IMG/VR virus record: IMGVR_UViG_3300033067_000507
Coordinates: 1 to 38,019 of that record
Origin: a virus
Lineage: Duplodnaviria; Caudoviricetes
DNA length: 38,019 nucleotides
Direction: 5' to 3' (one strand)
Positions 1 to 8,637 of this stretch are shown here, piece after piece (position 1 is the stretch's first letter; the number at the start of each line of letters is the position of its first letter). Made by a program: the position numbers and the translations under genes. The notes under the pieces were generated by a model that saw nothing but the letters and a program-made list of their open reading frames with translations, searched no databases and was not told the DNA's origin.

Positions 1-967
1 CATTACCAAGTGATTTCCATTGTCCTTGGAAATTCTGTAATGATGTAATGTCATGAGAGTTATTCTGTAACTGTGTAAGGGGTTGATTTATTGCATGAAT
101 TAAAATATCACCATTCTCAATAGCAGAAAGGGCGTTTTGATTTAAGAAAGTACCGTCTGATGTTTGGAATATTAGTTTTGAAGCAAGGTCTAGTTGATTC
201 TTAATAGACAGGGCATTATGATTTACCATCCATTGTGATTGAAATAGATGTTCAACTGCACCAATAGATAGAGTTCGTCCATCTTCTTCTATAAGGTGAG
301 TTATCATTTGAGGATTCTTCTTTACTCTACCTTTATACAAAGTGAAATCGAGATACTCATTCTTCTTCTTTGGATTTTGTACAAAAGATACTACGTGTAA
401 TTGTTCTTGATATACTTCGTCGTCTTTCTCTTTATTAGTTAAATATGAGAGTTCAAATTCTCCTCTTACTTCATAGACTTTTATGTAGTTAGACAGATTG
501 TCTTTTCGTCTTTTATCAATTGTTTCTCTAGGTCTTTGTGCGTCACATAAAGCCTCAACCATATCTTTATCATACAAAGGATTTTTCTTTAATTGGGCTT
601 CTGTAAGTTCAAGTATCTTTATTCTAGGATTAGAATAGAAGTCTACTGAATCAACAATCAGTCTATTCCAAGGTAATACAGATGGTATTAAACGACCGTC
701 TTTCTCTATAAACTCTACTACAGCAGAACCATATCTTGATAGAACTCTTCCCCATTCATTTAAGAATTGACCAAAGTTTTCTCTAGTCATCCAATTTTGG
801 ATATGAGCACTGGCAAGCAATGCGTCAATTGTGTCTTTAGACTTACTAGCTTTGATTCTTATATTCTTTCTATCAATATCTGTTGCTCTATACCAAATAT
901 TAGCAGCGGCAACTACTATATTGAAAAATGGCTTTTCTCTTCCTTGTGAATCAAATTGACCACTTGT
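1..967. repeat. Imperfect terminal direct repeat, copy A
   Basis: Aligns without gaps to 37053-38019 with about 64 mismatches (hand count). Confidence 0.97.
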
Positions 968-1126
968 GTGAACTGAATTGATGTATGCTTCAATAGTAGA
1001 GATAGTCTCATACATATTATGATTTACATATTTAGAAATGATAGTATTTCCACGAATATAATTCGTTTCCATTTCTCTAACTATTTCCGCTATTTCATTT
1101 ACATCTTCTCTTTCTTTAGTTGGCAT
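1..1126 (-). CDS. Portal protein, N-terminal part (allele A; runs off the window start)
   Basis: Open frame from ATG at 1126 (MPTKEREDVNEIAEIVREME...) down to base 1, missed by the ORF track. Bases 1-967 encode the same protein as 37053-38019. It lies one gene after terL and upstream of scaffold/capsid on the circle. Joined length is 614 aa. Confidence 0.8.
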   Translation of the reverse strand, partial: MPTKEREDVNEIAEIVREMETNYIRGNTIISKYVNHNMYETISTIEAYINSVHTSGQFDSQGREKPFFNIVVAAANIWYRATDIDRKNIRIKASKSKDTIDALLASAHIQNWMTRENFGQFLNEWGRVLSRYGSAVVEFIEKDGRLIPSVLPWNRLIVDSVDFYSNPRIKILELTEAQLKKNPLYDKDMVEALCDAQRPRETIDKRRKDNLSNYIKVYEVRGEFELSYLTNKEKDDEVYQEQLHVVSFVQNPKKKNEYLDFTLYKGRVKKNPQMITHLIEEDGRTLSIGAVEHLFQSQWMVNHNALSIKNQLDLASKLIFQTSDGTFLNQNALSAIENGDILIHAINQPLTQLQNNSHDITSLQNFQGQWKSLGN

Positions 1127-1155
1127 TTTCTATCCGCCGATAGATTAAATAATAA

Positions 1156-1563
1156 TTATCTACAAGTTATTGTTGTTGAAGCAATGTTAGATGAAAGCAT
1201 GTCTACTACTAGACCTCTAGTCAAATATCTTTCTATTGGATAACTTCCAGATGTTGCTGTTGATGAAAATGGCACTATCAGTTTTTGTGAAAGGTCTGTT
1301 GTCGAAGTTCCATCATAAATATTAAAAGCACTTCCAGCTGTAGCGTTAGTAATCAATACTCTATCAATTGACTGTGTACACTCTGATATAAACTTCTTAG
1401 TAAAAGTCTTCCATGTAGAATCGGTAGTTGTTGAATATGATAGTTCTGATAATGCACTTGCTCCAAAATTCTTTGGTGCAATTTTCTTTGAGTTATTAAA
1501 GTAACTTATCAACCCAACTGCTAATATAATACCGACCACTAACGTTAATATGTTTTGTTTCAT
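1156..1563 (-). CDS. Hypothetical protein with N-terminal TM/signal segment
   Basis: 135 aa; hydrophobic ILTLVVGIILAVGLISYF, then a Ser/Thr-rich domain; lies between terL and portal. Confidence 0.7.
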   Translation of the reverse strand: MKQNILTLVVGIILAVGLISYFNNSKKIAPKNFGASALSELSYSTTTDSTWKTFTKKFISECTQSIDRVLITNATAGSAFNIYDGTSTTDLSQKLIVPFSSTATSGSYPIERYLTRGLVVDMLSSNIASTTITCR

Positions 1564-1591
1564 TTTATTAGTAATAATAATAATTAAATCT

Positions 1592-1618
1592 AGTATAGCA
1601 CATAATTAAATATGTCAA
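1592..1618 (-). promoter_or_regulatory. Sigma70-like promoter for the portal operon
   Basis: Minus strand TTGACA-15 nt-TATACT with extended -10 (TGc); the spacer is short. Confidence 0.55.
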
Positions 1619-1626
1619 TAGTCTTT

Positions 1627-3078
1627 TTACCTTGCACTGTTCTGTGACATACCATGTTTATTTCTTGCAAATCTATTTTGTTGCATTGTAATAATTTTCT
1701 CTCTGTTTGGGTCTTCATTTATTGCGTCTTTTCTTAATTCAAACCAAGCACGATAAATAATCGTATCCCCTATGTCTGAAGATTTACCTAATTCTTGTTT
1801 AACTTCGTCTTTTGATTTGATTTGTAACTTACCGTCACTGTCAATATCTTTAACTCTTAATACAGCAGATAATTCTTCAATGATTAGCTCTCTATAGTCT
1901 GGTACATTAAAATGAACTTTATGCTCGTTAATCAATTCTGATATTTTATAAGCACATTGAGCCTTTAAGTTCTTAAAATTAGTCTTTGGCACTAAATCAT
2001 GCTCTACTTTAGTCATCTTAGTTCTTACTTCATTTGATGTAGGTAATGGGCTTGAATTAGCTACAAACCCTCTAACTCCTACTAAACCATCTACCAATCC
2101 TCCTCCAATACCATCTTCATCAATTATGATATTAGAATACGGAATCCTATTCACACTAGCGTAATCTCTTATCTTTTGTTTAGTCTCTTCTAATGATTGT
2201 TTATGGAATCTTTCTACCTTAAATAGCTCTAATCCCTCCCAGAATGAGAATACAGTGCTATCTTTACCAAATCTAGCAACATCTACAACCATGTACATGC
2301 TATTATCTTTTGTAATCGTATTGGTAAAAGCGTCAGATAGAGCGTCAAAACTAATTAGTGAATCTTTATCCTCTTCATAATCCCAGTCACCTAACCAAAG
2401 TCTTTGTCGTCTAATCTGGTCTTTCTCTTCTGATAAAGTTTTAAGATAATCTTGTGGTAAATATGGATTATCAGTAGCTAGAGACTGTACGAACTTTCTT
2501 GAAGGTGGCAGTCTACCCTCTTTCCATAAATCAATAAAATCTTTCTTCATCCAACCTTTCTTCGGATTAGCAGTAATCAACATCTTCTTCTTTAGCTTGT
2601 ATACATCATTCTTCCAACGACCTGTAGCAAGCCATAAGTTAGATTTAGCCGATTCTGCTACCTCTCCTGCTTCTTCTATCCAACCTCTAGTCATTTGCAT
2701 AGAACCAAATCTTTCAAACAAAGGGTCACTCGGTAGTACCTTACAAGCTATTAAGAATACCTTAGAGCCGTTCTTTAAATTGAAGATATTGTATTGACCG
2801 TCAAATGTAGCGTAGTCATCAATGTTTAATCCCCAGTTCTTAAACACTTCGTGAATAGAAGGAATAGTAAACTTTCTCAAATCTGTTAGTTCCCCTCTAG
2901 CAATGTAGTAATGGGTTTCAGGATATATCAAAGCGTCTGCAAAGATAAGAGAACAACCTAGATATGACTTTCCTCCTCCTTTTCCTCCTCCATAAAGGAT
3001 TTGTTCAGTAGTATCATCTATCCAATATTCACATGCTTCAAGCTGTTTGTTATTTCTTGTCTTGAATTCTATTTGCAT
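1627..3078 (-). CDS. terL: Terminase large subunit
   Basis: Walker A GGGKGGGKS, Walker B WIEEAGE, coupling motif ITANP, nuclease motif VDVARFGKDSTV. Confidence 0.95.
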   Translation of the reverse strand: MQIEFKTRNNKQLEACEYWIDDTTEQILYGGGKGGGKSYLGCSLIFADALIYPETHYYIARGELTDLRKFTIPSIHEVFKNWGLNIDDYATFDGQYNIFNLKNGSKVFLIACKVLPSDPLFERFGSMQMTRGWIEEAGEVAESAKSNLWLATGRWKNDVYKLKKKMLITANPKKGWMKKDFIDLWKEGRLPPSRKFVQSLATDNPYLPQDYLKTLSEEKDQIRRQRLWLGDWDYEEDKDSLISFDALSDAFTNTITKDNSMYMVVDVARFGKDSTVFSFWEGLELFKVERFHKQSLEETKQKIRDYASVNRIPYSNIIIDEDGIGGGLVDGLVGVRGFVANSSPLPTSNEVRTKMTKVEHDLVPKTNFKNLKAQCAYKISELINEHKVHFNVPDYRELIIEELSAVLRVKDIDSDGKLQIKSKDEVKQELGKSSDIGDTIIYRAWFELRKDAINEDPNREKIITMQQNRFARNKHGMSQNSAR

Positions 3079-3484
3079 TCTCTTTTATTATCTTCATACC
3101 AGTAATACTCTCTGCTAGTTTAGTTATTCCCTCTTCCCCTTTAGTTGAAAACTTATTCTTACCTAGAGTACCTGCGATAAATTGTGCTGTTTTGTTTTGT
3201 ATCGCTACCAGTGAAGTATCAATCTTAGTATTACCATTCATAGGGTCGTAATCTAATGTATTATTAAGTACTTTCTCTGCTTTTTTCAACAATGTCAAGT
3301 CTCCTATGTTTTCATATAACCATTCAGGCATAATACTTGTTATATTATTAGCGTAGCTTTCTGTATATCCTGCCTTTAATGAGCTTTGAACAGCATTACC
3401 AAATGTCTCACTCTTTGGGTTAGTGTAACAACTTAGAAATAGTATTTGTTGTGGGGTTAATATTGCTTTATCCTTTTTTGCCAT
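3050..3484 (-). CDS. terS: Terminase small subunit
   Basis: LTPQQ..F...Y...GNAVQSSLKAGY HTH-type N-terminus typical of TerS; overlaps the terL start. Confidence 0.75.
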   Translation of the reverse strand: MAKKDKAILTPQQILFLSCYTNPKSETFGNAVQSSLKAGYTESYANNITSIMPEWLYENIGDLTLLKKAEKVLNNTLDYDPMNGNTKIDTSLVAIQNKTAQFIAGTLGKNKFSTKGEEGITKLAESITGMKIIKENANRIQDKK

Positions 3485-3486
3485 AG

Positions 3487-3645
3487 TTATTTACTTCTCA
3501 TATGCTTAGCTTCTTTTGCTTTTGAGTATGCAATAGCAATCATTTGTTTTCTTGAACGAGCTTTTCCATTAGCTCCCTTTGCTTTACCTTTCTTTTTATT
3601 ATCTGCGTATAGTTCTTTCATGTACTTGCTTATATTTGTTTTCAT
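3487..3645 (-). CDS. Small basic protein (52 aa, DUF6496-like)
   Basis: MKTNISKYMKELYADNKKKGKAKGANGKARSRKQMIAIAYSKAKEAKHMRSK; SRKQxIAIAxS motif; fills the gap between neighbouring genes almost exactly. Confidence 0.7.
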   Translation of the reverse strand: MKTNISKYMKELYADNKKKGKAKGANGKARSRKQMIAIAYSKAKEAKHMRSK

Positions 3646-3646
3646 G

Positions 3647-4060
3647 TTATTTATTGTTTTTGACGTAGTGTCTTAGTTTACTAACTGCTTGACCATAGTT
3701 TAACAAATTTCCGTATAAATTACTAGATAATGCTTGGGCTATTTTTTCTTTAAACCATGAAAGAAGGTTACTATCTTCTATGATACTTGAAAGGAATATT
3801 ATTTGTTCTCCGTAAGCCTCGATTTCTTGTTCTAGCCTAAAGAATTTATTATTTAAATATTCATCCCACCATATATCAGGAAAAGTTCCTTGTTGTCTTG
3901 AGTGAGTTTCTTCATGCTTTTCTAGGTCTGGAGTTACTTCTACGTCATAAGGATTGTAAATAGTGTCCCCATAACAGAATAATGCTCTATGTTCTTCTGT
4001 GTGCTCAAATACAGTTTTTATCTTATCAAAGTTCGGTGGGTATTGTTTTACTATTTTCAT
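3647..4060 (-). CDS. Zincin-like HExxH protein
   Basis: HEETH..QQ motif plus downstream EIEAY. Confidence 0.65.
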   Translation of the reverse strand: MKIVKQYPPNFDKIKTVFEHTEEHRALFCYGDTIYNPYDVEVTPDLEKHEETHSRQQGTFPDIWWDEYLNNKFFRLEQEIEAYGEQIIFLSSIIEDSNLLSWFKEKIAQALSSNLYGNLLNYGQAVSKLRHYVKNNK

Positions 4061-4167
4061 TTATTTGGTCTCTCCCCTCCCCTACTGGCTTGTATCTTTG
4101 TTTCCCCTAGGGGAGAGTGGTTATTTATCGGGGTAGGGAAGTGGATAACTATGTTGATAAGTTGTTA

Positions 4168-4362
4168 CTATCCCTTACAACTTGTAGCTTCATCACAAGG
4201 TATTGTATATATCTTTTCTGATTTTGGCTCGACCTTTTTATATTTATGACTATTTTCAAATTTATCTGGCTTTTGCGGAACTATTGCAAATCCTATAATT
4301 AGTAATGTTATAACCGCGACTAGTGTGAACAACAATTCTGTCTTAGTAGTTTTTTTAATCAT
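4168..4362 (-). CDS. Small membrane protein
   Basis: One TM segment; own promoter TTGATA-17-TATAAT ends 6 nt before the ATG. Confidence 0.6.
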   Translation of the reverse strand: MIKKTTKTELLFTLVAVITLLIIGFAIVPQKPDKFENSHKYKKVEPKSEKIYTIPCDEATSCKG

Positions 4363-4416
4363 GTATATATTATACCTGTTGATAACTTAAATATCAAATA
4401 GTGTTAGACTTGTTAT

Positions 4417-4593
4417 ATGAATGAGGAAGATTATTTTGGAAAGTTTAAAATATGCCAAGTCTGTGGTAAAGACATTAAGAAACAAAAGGTTATGATGTGT
4501 TCTAAATGTAAGGTAGCTATTAAAGTTGAGTATCAGTCTTTAAAGAAAGAGCATGCAAAGAAAGTTTATAAGGTGTTGAATGCTTGTGGATAA
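4417..4593 (+). CDS. Small zinc-ribbon protein (58 aa)
   Basis: MNEEDYFGKFKICQVCGKDIKKQKVMMCSKCK...; two CxxC motifs; below the ORF-track cutoff. Confidence 0.6.
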   Translation: MNEEDYFGKFKICQVCGKDIKKQKVMMCSKCKVAIKVEYQSLKKEHAKKVYKVLNACG

Positions 4594-4626
4594 GTCAGTT
4601 GATTATAAATGTAATTAGGTTAATAT
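4585..4626 (+). promoter_or_regulatory. Reverse DnaA box plus promoter
   Basis: TGTGGATAA at 4585-4593, then TTGATT-16-TAATAT, with the ATG 6 nt later. Confidence 0.55.
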
Positions 4627-4632
4627 AACCAT

Positions 4633-4896
4633 ATGAAGAAAATAATAATAGCAGTCGCAGTGTTTATTGGATTATCAAGTACAGTGTATGCAGGATATGA
4701 TTTAATCAGTTATAAGGACGCTAGTAACGTATCAGTAATAACAAGCAAGGCTTTAGATGATAATAACTTCAAGGTAATTAGATTCCAAGACGAAGTGTCA
4801 AAGGATATAAAGAATAAAGAGACTAATACTTGTTATGTGATATTTACTACTAAACCACAACCAATACCACAAAGTCCTAATATTAGTTGTAAGTAG
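4633..4896 (+). CDS. Secreted protein
   Basis: Sec signal MKKIIIAVAVFIGLSSTVYA; monocistronic, with its own terminator. Confidence 0.75.
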   Translation: MKKIIIAVAVFIGLSSTVYAGYDLISYKDASNVSVITSKALDDNNFKVIRFQDEVSKDIKNKETNTCYVIFTTKPQPIPQSPNISCK

Positions 4897-4935
4897 TTTT
4901 GATATAATAAATCCTGAACTTCTCACGGTATAAAG

Positions 4936-4965
4936 AAACACTCTTAATCGGGTGTTTTCTTTTTT
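4936..4965 (+). terminator. Intrinsic terminator
   Basis: AAACACTC-6 nt-GGGTGTTT followed by a T-rich tail. Confidence 0.7.
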
Positions 4966-5007
4966 CCACAGTTAGTACTTGCATTGTTTTTAGTAGTTTG
5001 CTATATT
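4962..5007 (+). promoter_or_regulatory. DnaA-like box plus sigma70 promoter
   Basis: TTTTCCACA at 4962-4970, then TTGCAT-17-TATATT with extended -10. Confidence 0.7.
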
Positions 5008-5011
5008 TATA

Positions 5012-5066
5012 GTAACCTTTGCGTACAAAAGTCTCACTCACTCGCAAAGGGGGTGAGACTTTTGTA
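5012..5066 (+). promoter_or_regulatory. Attenuator-like leader (competing hairpins)
   Basis: 16-bp stem 5024-5039/5051-5066; its loop CGCAAAGG is complementary to CCTTTGCG at 5016-5023. Confidence 0.65.
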
Positions 5067-5365
5067 ATAAAGAAGGACTAATAGAGATGGCAGGCGAACC
5101 TCTTATCCCTTTATTAGAAGCCTATAATTAAGAGGACTTGGTACAAGATGTGACTGGCAGGAACCAGCTAACTCTTTAATCAAGACCACTACTACCTTGC
5201 ATGCAATTTTCTTGGGTAGCACGTATACATAACAGCCAAATGGACTGAACCTATTGTGATAGAGGAAATGCGAGAGCCGAGTTCTTTTTTAAGAACAGAA
5301 TCGATAAACTCTCTAATGAATACTGTTAATACAGGCTTTTACTTACCAATTCTCTTTAATCAAGT
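5067..5365 (+). ncRNA. Putative structured RNA or origin region
   Basis: About 300 nt with no long ORF, several nested inverted repeats and a 13-bp direct repeat. Confidence 0.4.
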
Positions 5366-5371
5366 TAAAAT

Positions 5372-5620
5372 ATGGCATATCATGCAAACTATATAACATA
5401 TACAGAAGACCATTTATTGAGAGCAAGGGCTCATAGACTAATGGAGGAAGTATTCCCTCAAAGGAATAAAAGATACAACTGGCTTAGAACTCATTTTTAT
5501 AAAGTTAATATGTCTTTATGTAACAAGAATGAATTACAAGTTATCATATGTTGCCTAGAATCTAAATTAAAAGGAGATTTTTGTATTTTTCATAAGAGGT
5601 TTCATAAAAATGTTAAATAG
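5372..5620 (+). CDS. Hypothetical protein (resembles DUF3268 C-terminal helical part)
   Basis: LRARAH...RNKRYNWL pattern. Confidence 0.55.
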   Translation: MAYHANYITYTEDHLLRARAHRLMEEVFPQRNKRYNWLRTHFYKVNMSLCNKNELQVIICCLESKLKGDFCIFHKRFHKNVK

Positions 5621-5622
5621 AG

Positions 5623-5667
5623 TTATCCACAGTCTAACTATGTACATATCAATTATTAAGTTATAAT
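5623..5667 (+). promoter_or_regulatory. DnaA box plus promoter
   Basis: TTATCCACA-gtcTAACTATGTACA...TATAAT at 5662-5667. Confidence 0.7.
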
Positions 5668-5673
5668 TAACGT

Positions 5674-5970
5674 ATGAACAAGAAGAAAAACAAAGTTTTA
5701 AAAAAAGATAGCCAAGTACAAGAGTTTACCAGAGGTTATGGTTATTCATTCGAAGATTTATCAAATAGTAGTAATAAAAATAAAATGGTTGACAAAATAA
5801 AAATAATAGGAGATAAGGTTTGGGTATTAGATGGTGATAAGATTAAGAGAGCGAGAATAGAAAGCATAACATATGTTGTTCGCATTGAAGGGTCAGTTTA
5901 TCCTGATAATTACGAAAGCACAAGAGTCTTTGACTCAAAAGAAGAATTACTAGAATCATTAAGTAAATAA
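5674..5970 (+). CDS. Hypothetical protein
   Basis: 98-aa ORF; ATG 6 nt after the -10 element; alternative start at 5785. Confidence 0.6.
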   Translation: MNKKKNKVLKKDSQVQEFTRGYGYSFEDLSNSSNKNKMVDKIKIIGDKVWVLDGDKIKRARIESITYVVRIEGSVYPDNYESTRVFDSKEELLESLSK

Positions 5971-5971
5971 T

Positions 5972-6076
5972 ATGGAAATAATAACTACATCTTTAGTATT
6001 TTTTGTAGGATATGTCACAGGAGGAGTTTTTATGTATTTAGCAATAAAAGATAAAATAGGATATAAAAAGAAATAA
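5972..6076 (+). CDS. Small single-TM protein (34 aa)
   Basis: MEIITTSLVFFVGYVTGGVFMYLAIKDKIGYKKK; fills the intergenic gap. Confidence 0.55.
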   Translation: MEIITTSLVFFVGYVTGGVFMYLAIKDKIGYKKK

Positions 6077-6093
6077 AATTTAACAAACAAACA

Positions 6094-6597
6094 ATGAACA
6101 AAATAAAAATAAATAATATCGAGATAAGTGTAGAAGAATTTAAAAGACTAGCCAAAGAGAATGAGGCTTTATTAAAAGAACCAGAGGTGAAGGGTAGATA
6201 TTTCTTTCCGAAGGTTGGGGAGGAGTTTTGGTTGATTAATCCTTACGGAGTTGTTTGTCAATCAGTAAATACTATTGATGAAATTGACAAACACCGTATC
6301 TCCATAGGCAACTGTTACCGCACTAAAGAAGAAGCAGAACTAGCTTTAAAGAAACAACAAGCAATAGTTAGATGTTGGAAATGGCAACAAGAGAATGCAC
6401 CTTTTGAACCTGATTGGGGGGATATTAATCAATTTAAATATTATACATATTATAGTTATTTTTTTGGGAAAATAGATAGTGAAATATGTAATAGCTATAA
6501 AATTCAATTCACTCTTCCTTGCTTCAAATCAAGAGAAGACTGCAACGCCTTCATAGAAGCCAACAAAGAAGATTTATTATTGTTATTTACTAAATAG
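6094..6597 (+). CDS. Conserved phage hypothetical protein
   Basis: IGNCYRTKEEAE and FEPDW motifs. Confidence 0.7.
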   Translation: MNKIKINNIEISVEEFKRLAKENEALLKEPEVKGRYFFPKVGEEFWLINPYGVVCQSVNTIDEIDKHRISIGNCYRTKEEAELALKKQQAIVRCWKWQQENAPFEPDWGDINQFKYYTYYSYFFGKIDSEICNSYKIQFTLPCFKSREDCNAFIEANKEDLLLLFTK

Positions 6598-6599
6598 AT

Positions 6600-7013
6600 A
6601 TGAATAGAGAACTAAAATTCAGAACTTGGAATACTAAAGAAATGACTTACTTTACCTTTAAAGACATAATGGGTAATGGTCGAAGTGCTACAACTATTAA
6701 AAATGCAACATGTGTTGAATGTGAAGAAAGAGACGAACATAAAGTAATGCAATACACAGGTCTCAAGGACAAGAATAGTAAAGAGATATATGAGGGGGAT
6801 ATATTGAGTGTAGACGGAACTCCAATGGTTGTTGTTTGGGATAATGGTAATCTACAATGGATAGTTAAACATGACTTAAACACACCCACTCCATTTCGTG
6901 TTGGAGATGGAACAAAGAGAGACTTAGAACTTTGGTATGTGATAGAAGACGGCTTTGATTCATTTGTTATTGGAAATCTTTATCAAACCCCTGAATTATT
7001 AAATAATAAATAG
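6600..7013 (+). CDS. YopX-family protein
   Basis: RELKFRTW, MQYTGLKDKNSKEIYEGDI and VIGNLYQTPELL motifs. Confidence 0.92.
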   Translation: MNRELKFRTWNTKEMTYFTFKDIMGNGRSATTIKNATCVECEERDEHKVMQYTGLKDKNSKEIYEGDILSVDGTPMVVVWDNGNLQWIVKHDLNTPTPFRVGDGTKRDLELWYVIEDGFDSFVIGNLYQTPELLNNK

Positions 7014-7015
7014 AT

Positions 7016-7342
7016 ATGAAAATTGAATGGTCAGACCAAGAAATAAGAAATACTATAGTCAATATGACAGACACTAAAAGTCTTTTCTCAATGACAGGCT
7101 ATTCATCTAAACAAAGCCCGTATAAGAGCCGTAGAGAGGAGATAATAGCCGACTTGGTAAAAGGTATCAATCAGAGTAGAATAGGTACTAAATACAAGCC
7201 TATAACAGAGAAATGGCTATCGATACGGATAAATTGCAATCCCTTCCTTACTGGAGATACTGGTACACAGGAATTGGATTTTATTAGGAATGAGTGTAAT
7301 AGAGTTGGTAATTATAAGAGATTATTTTGTATAATAAAATGA
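7016..7342 (+). CDS. Hypothetical protein
   Basis: 108-aa ORF in the operon. Confidence 0.6.
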   Translation: MKIEWSDQEIRNTIVNMTDTKSLFSMTGYSSKQSPYKSRREEIIADLVKGINQSRIGTKYKPITEKWLSIRINCNPFLTGDTGTQELDFIRNECNRVGNYKRLFCIIK

Positions 7343-8088
7343 AATACATGGGATCAAAAAACAGACATGCTTTTGAAATTCTTAATGCTATAAGAGAAGA
7401 TTTAGGTGGTTCTTTATGGAATTGGAATGAAGGTAAAGTATGGGTCGAACCATTTGTGGGAGGGGCAAATATGATTGATAAAACACGACTTTTATTTAAA
7501 CGTCGAATAGGGAATGATTTAAATCAATATCTTATTAGGATGTGGCAAGCGTTACAAAAAGGATGGTTTCCGCCAGATATAATTTCTGAAGAAAGGTATA
7601 ATCAATTAAAGAGAAACTCCGAATGTTTTATTGATAATGATGAAGCCCCGCTTATGGGTTTTGTAGGTATAGGATGTTCATATTCTGGTCAATGGTTTGG
7701 TACATATGCACGTGGAAAAAATTCAAAAGGTAGTGAAAGAAATTACTGTCTAGAGAGTCGTAATAATGTTTGTAAACAAGTACGTGAAATCGGAAATGTC
7801 GAGTTTTTTGGAGGTGAATATCATGCTGTATTATTACCTGAAAAATCATTGATATACTGTGACCCACCATATAAAGGAACATATAATTATGCTACTCATT
7901 TTGATACAGATAGATTCTGGAAATGGTGTGACGAAAAAGTGGCAGAAGGTCATAAAGTCTATGTTTCTGAATTTGTTGCTCCTGATGGGTGGAGATGTAT
8001 TTGGCAGAAGAATGTCCAAAGTCCAGTATCTTCACAGAAGAAAGTTGGCACTATGAAAAAGAATATCGAAAAGTTATTTACAAAATAA
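7327..8088 (+). CDS. DNA adenine methyltransferase (Dam/D12 class)
   Basis: KYMGSK, VEPFVGG and YCDPPY motifs; probable start at 7339. Confidence 0.92.
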   Translation: MYNKMKYMGSKNRHAFEILNAIREDLGGSLWNWNEGKVWVEPFVGGANMIDKTRLLFKRRIGNDLNQYLIRMWQALQKGWFPPDIISEERYNQLKRNSECFIDNDEAPLMGFVGIGCSYSGQWFGTYARGKNSKGSERNYCLESRNNVCKQVREIGNVEFFGGEYHAVLLPEKSLIYCDPPYKGTYNYATHFDTDRFWKWCDEKVAEGHKVYVSEFVAPDGWRCIWQKNVQSPVSSQKKVGTMKKNIEKLFTK

Positions 8089-8114
8089 AATTATGAAATA
8101 TCAAATATAAATTT

Positions 8115-8213
8115 ATGACCTGCCCTACATGTAAAAACAAAATATTAGACCCTTATGAATTAAATGGTATAGAATATTGTTGTCCTAATTGTGCATATAA
8201 TAGAGATGAATAG
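8115..8213 (+). CDS. Tiny zinc-ribbon protein (32 aa)
   Basis: MTCPTCKNKILDPYELNGIEYCCPNCAYNRDE. Confidence 0.45.
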   Translation: MTCPTCKNKILDPYELNGIEYCCPNCAYNRDE

Positions 8214-8637
8214 CGTACACTTTTCTTCACAATCTAACGAATGGGCAACACCGCAAGAGTTCTTTGATCAGTTAGATAAAGAATTTCTATTTGATGTAGA
8301 TGTGTGTGCTACCAAAGAAAATGCAAAGTGTAATAAATACTATACACAATTAGATGATGGACTATCAAAGTCTTGGGATGGCAAGAGAGTGTGGTGTAAT
8401 CCGCCTTATGGAAGAGAAATAAGTAAATGGGTAAAGAAAGCAAGTGAAAGTAGGGGGGGGATCGTGGTGATGTTAATCCCAGCAAGAACAGATACTAAAT
8501 ATTTCCACGAATATATATATATAAAACCAAATGTAGAGATAAGGTTTATCAGAGGTAGGTTAAAGTTTGGAGGGCATCAAAACTCCGCCCCTTTTCCTTC
8601 AATGGTGGTAATTTTTAAAGATGAAAAAGAAAAGTAA
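8206..8637 (+). CDS. Phage N6-adenine DNA methyltransferase
   Basis: EWATPQEFF, FDVDVCA, WCNPPYG, LIPARTDT and RGRLKF motifs; ATG at 8206. Confidence 0.92.
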   Translation: MNSVHFSSQSNEWATPQEFFDQLDKEFLFDVDVCATKENAKCNKYYTQLDDGLSKSWDGKRVWCNPPYGREISKWVKKASESRGGIVVMLIPARTDTKYFHEYIYIKPNVEIRFIRGRLKFGGHQNSAPFPSMVVIFKDEKEK

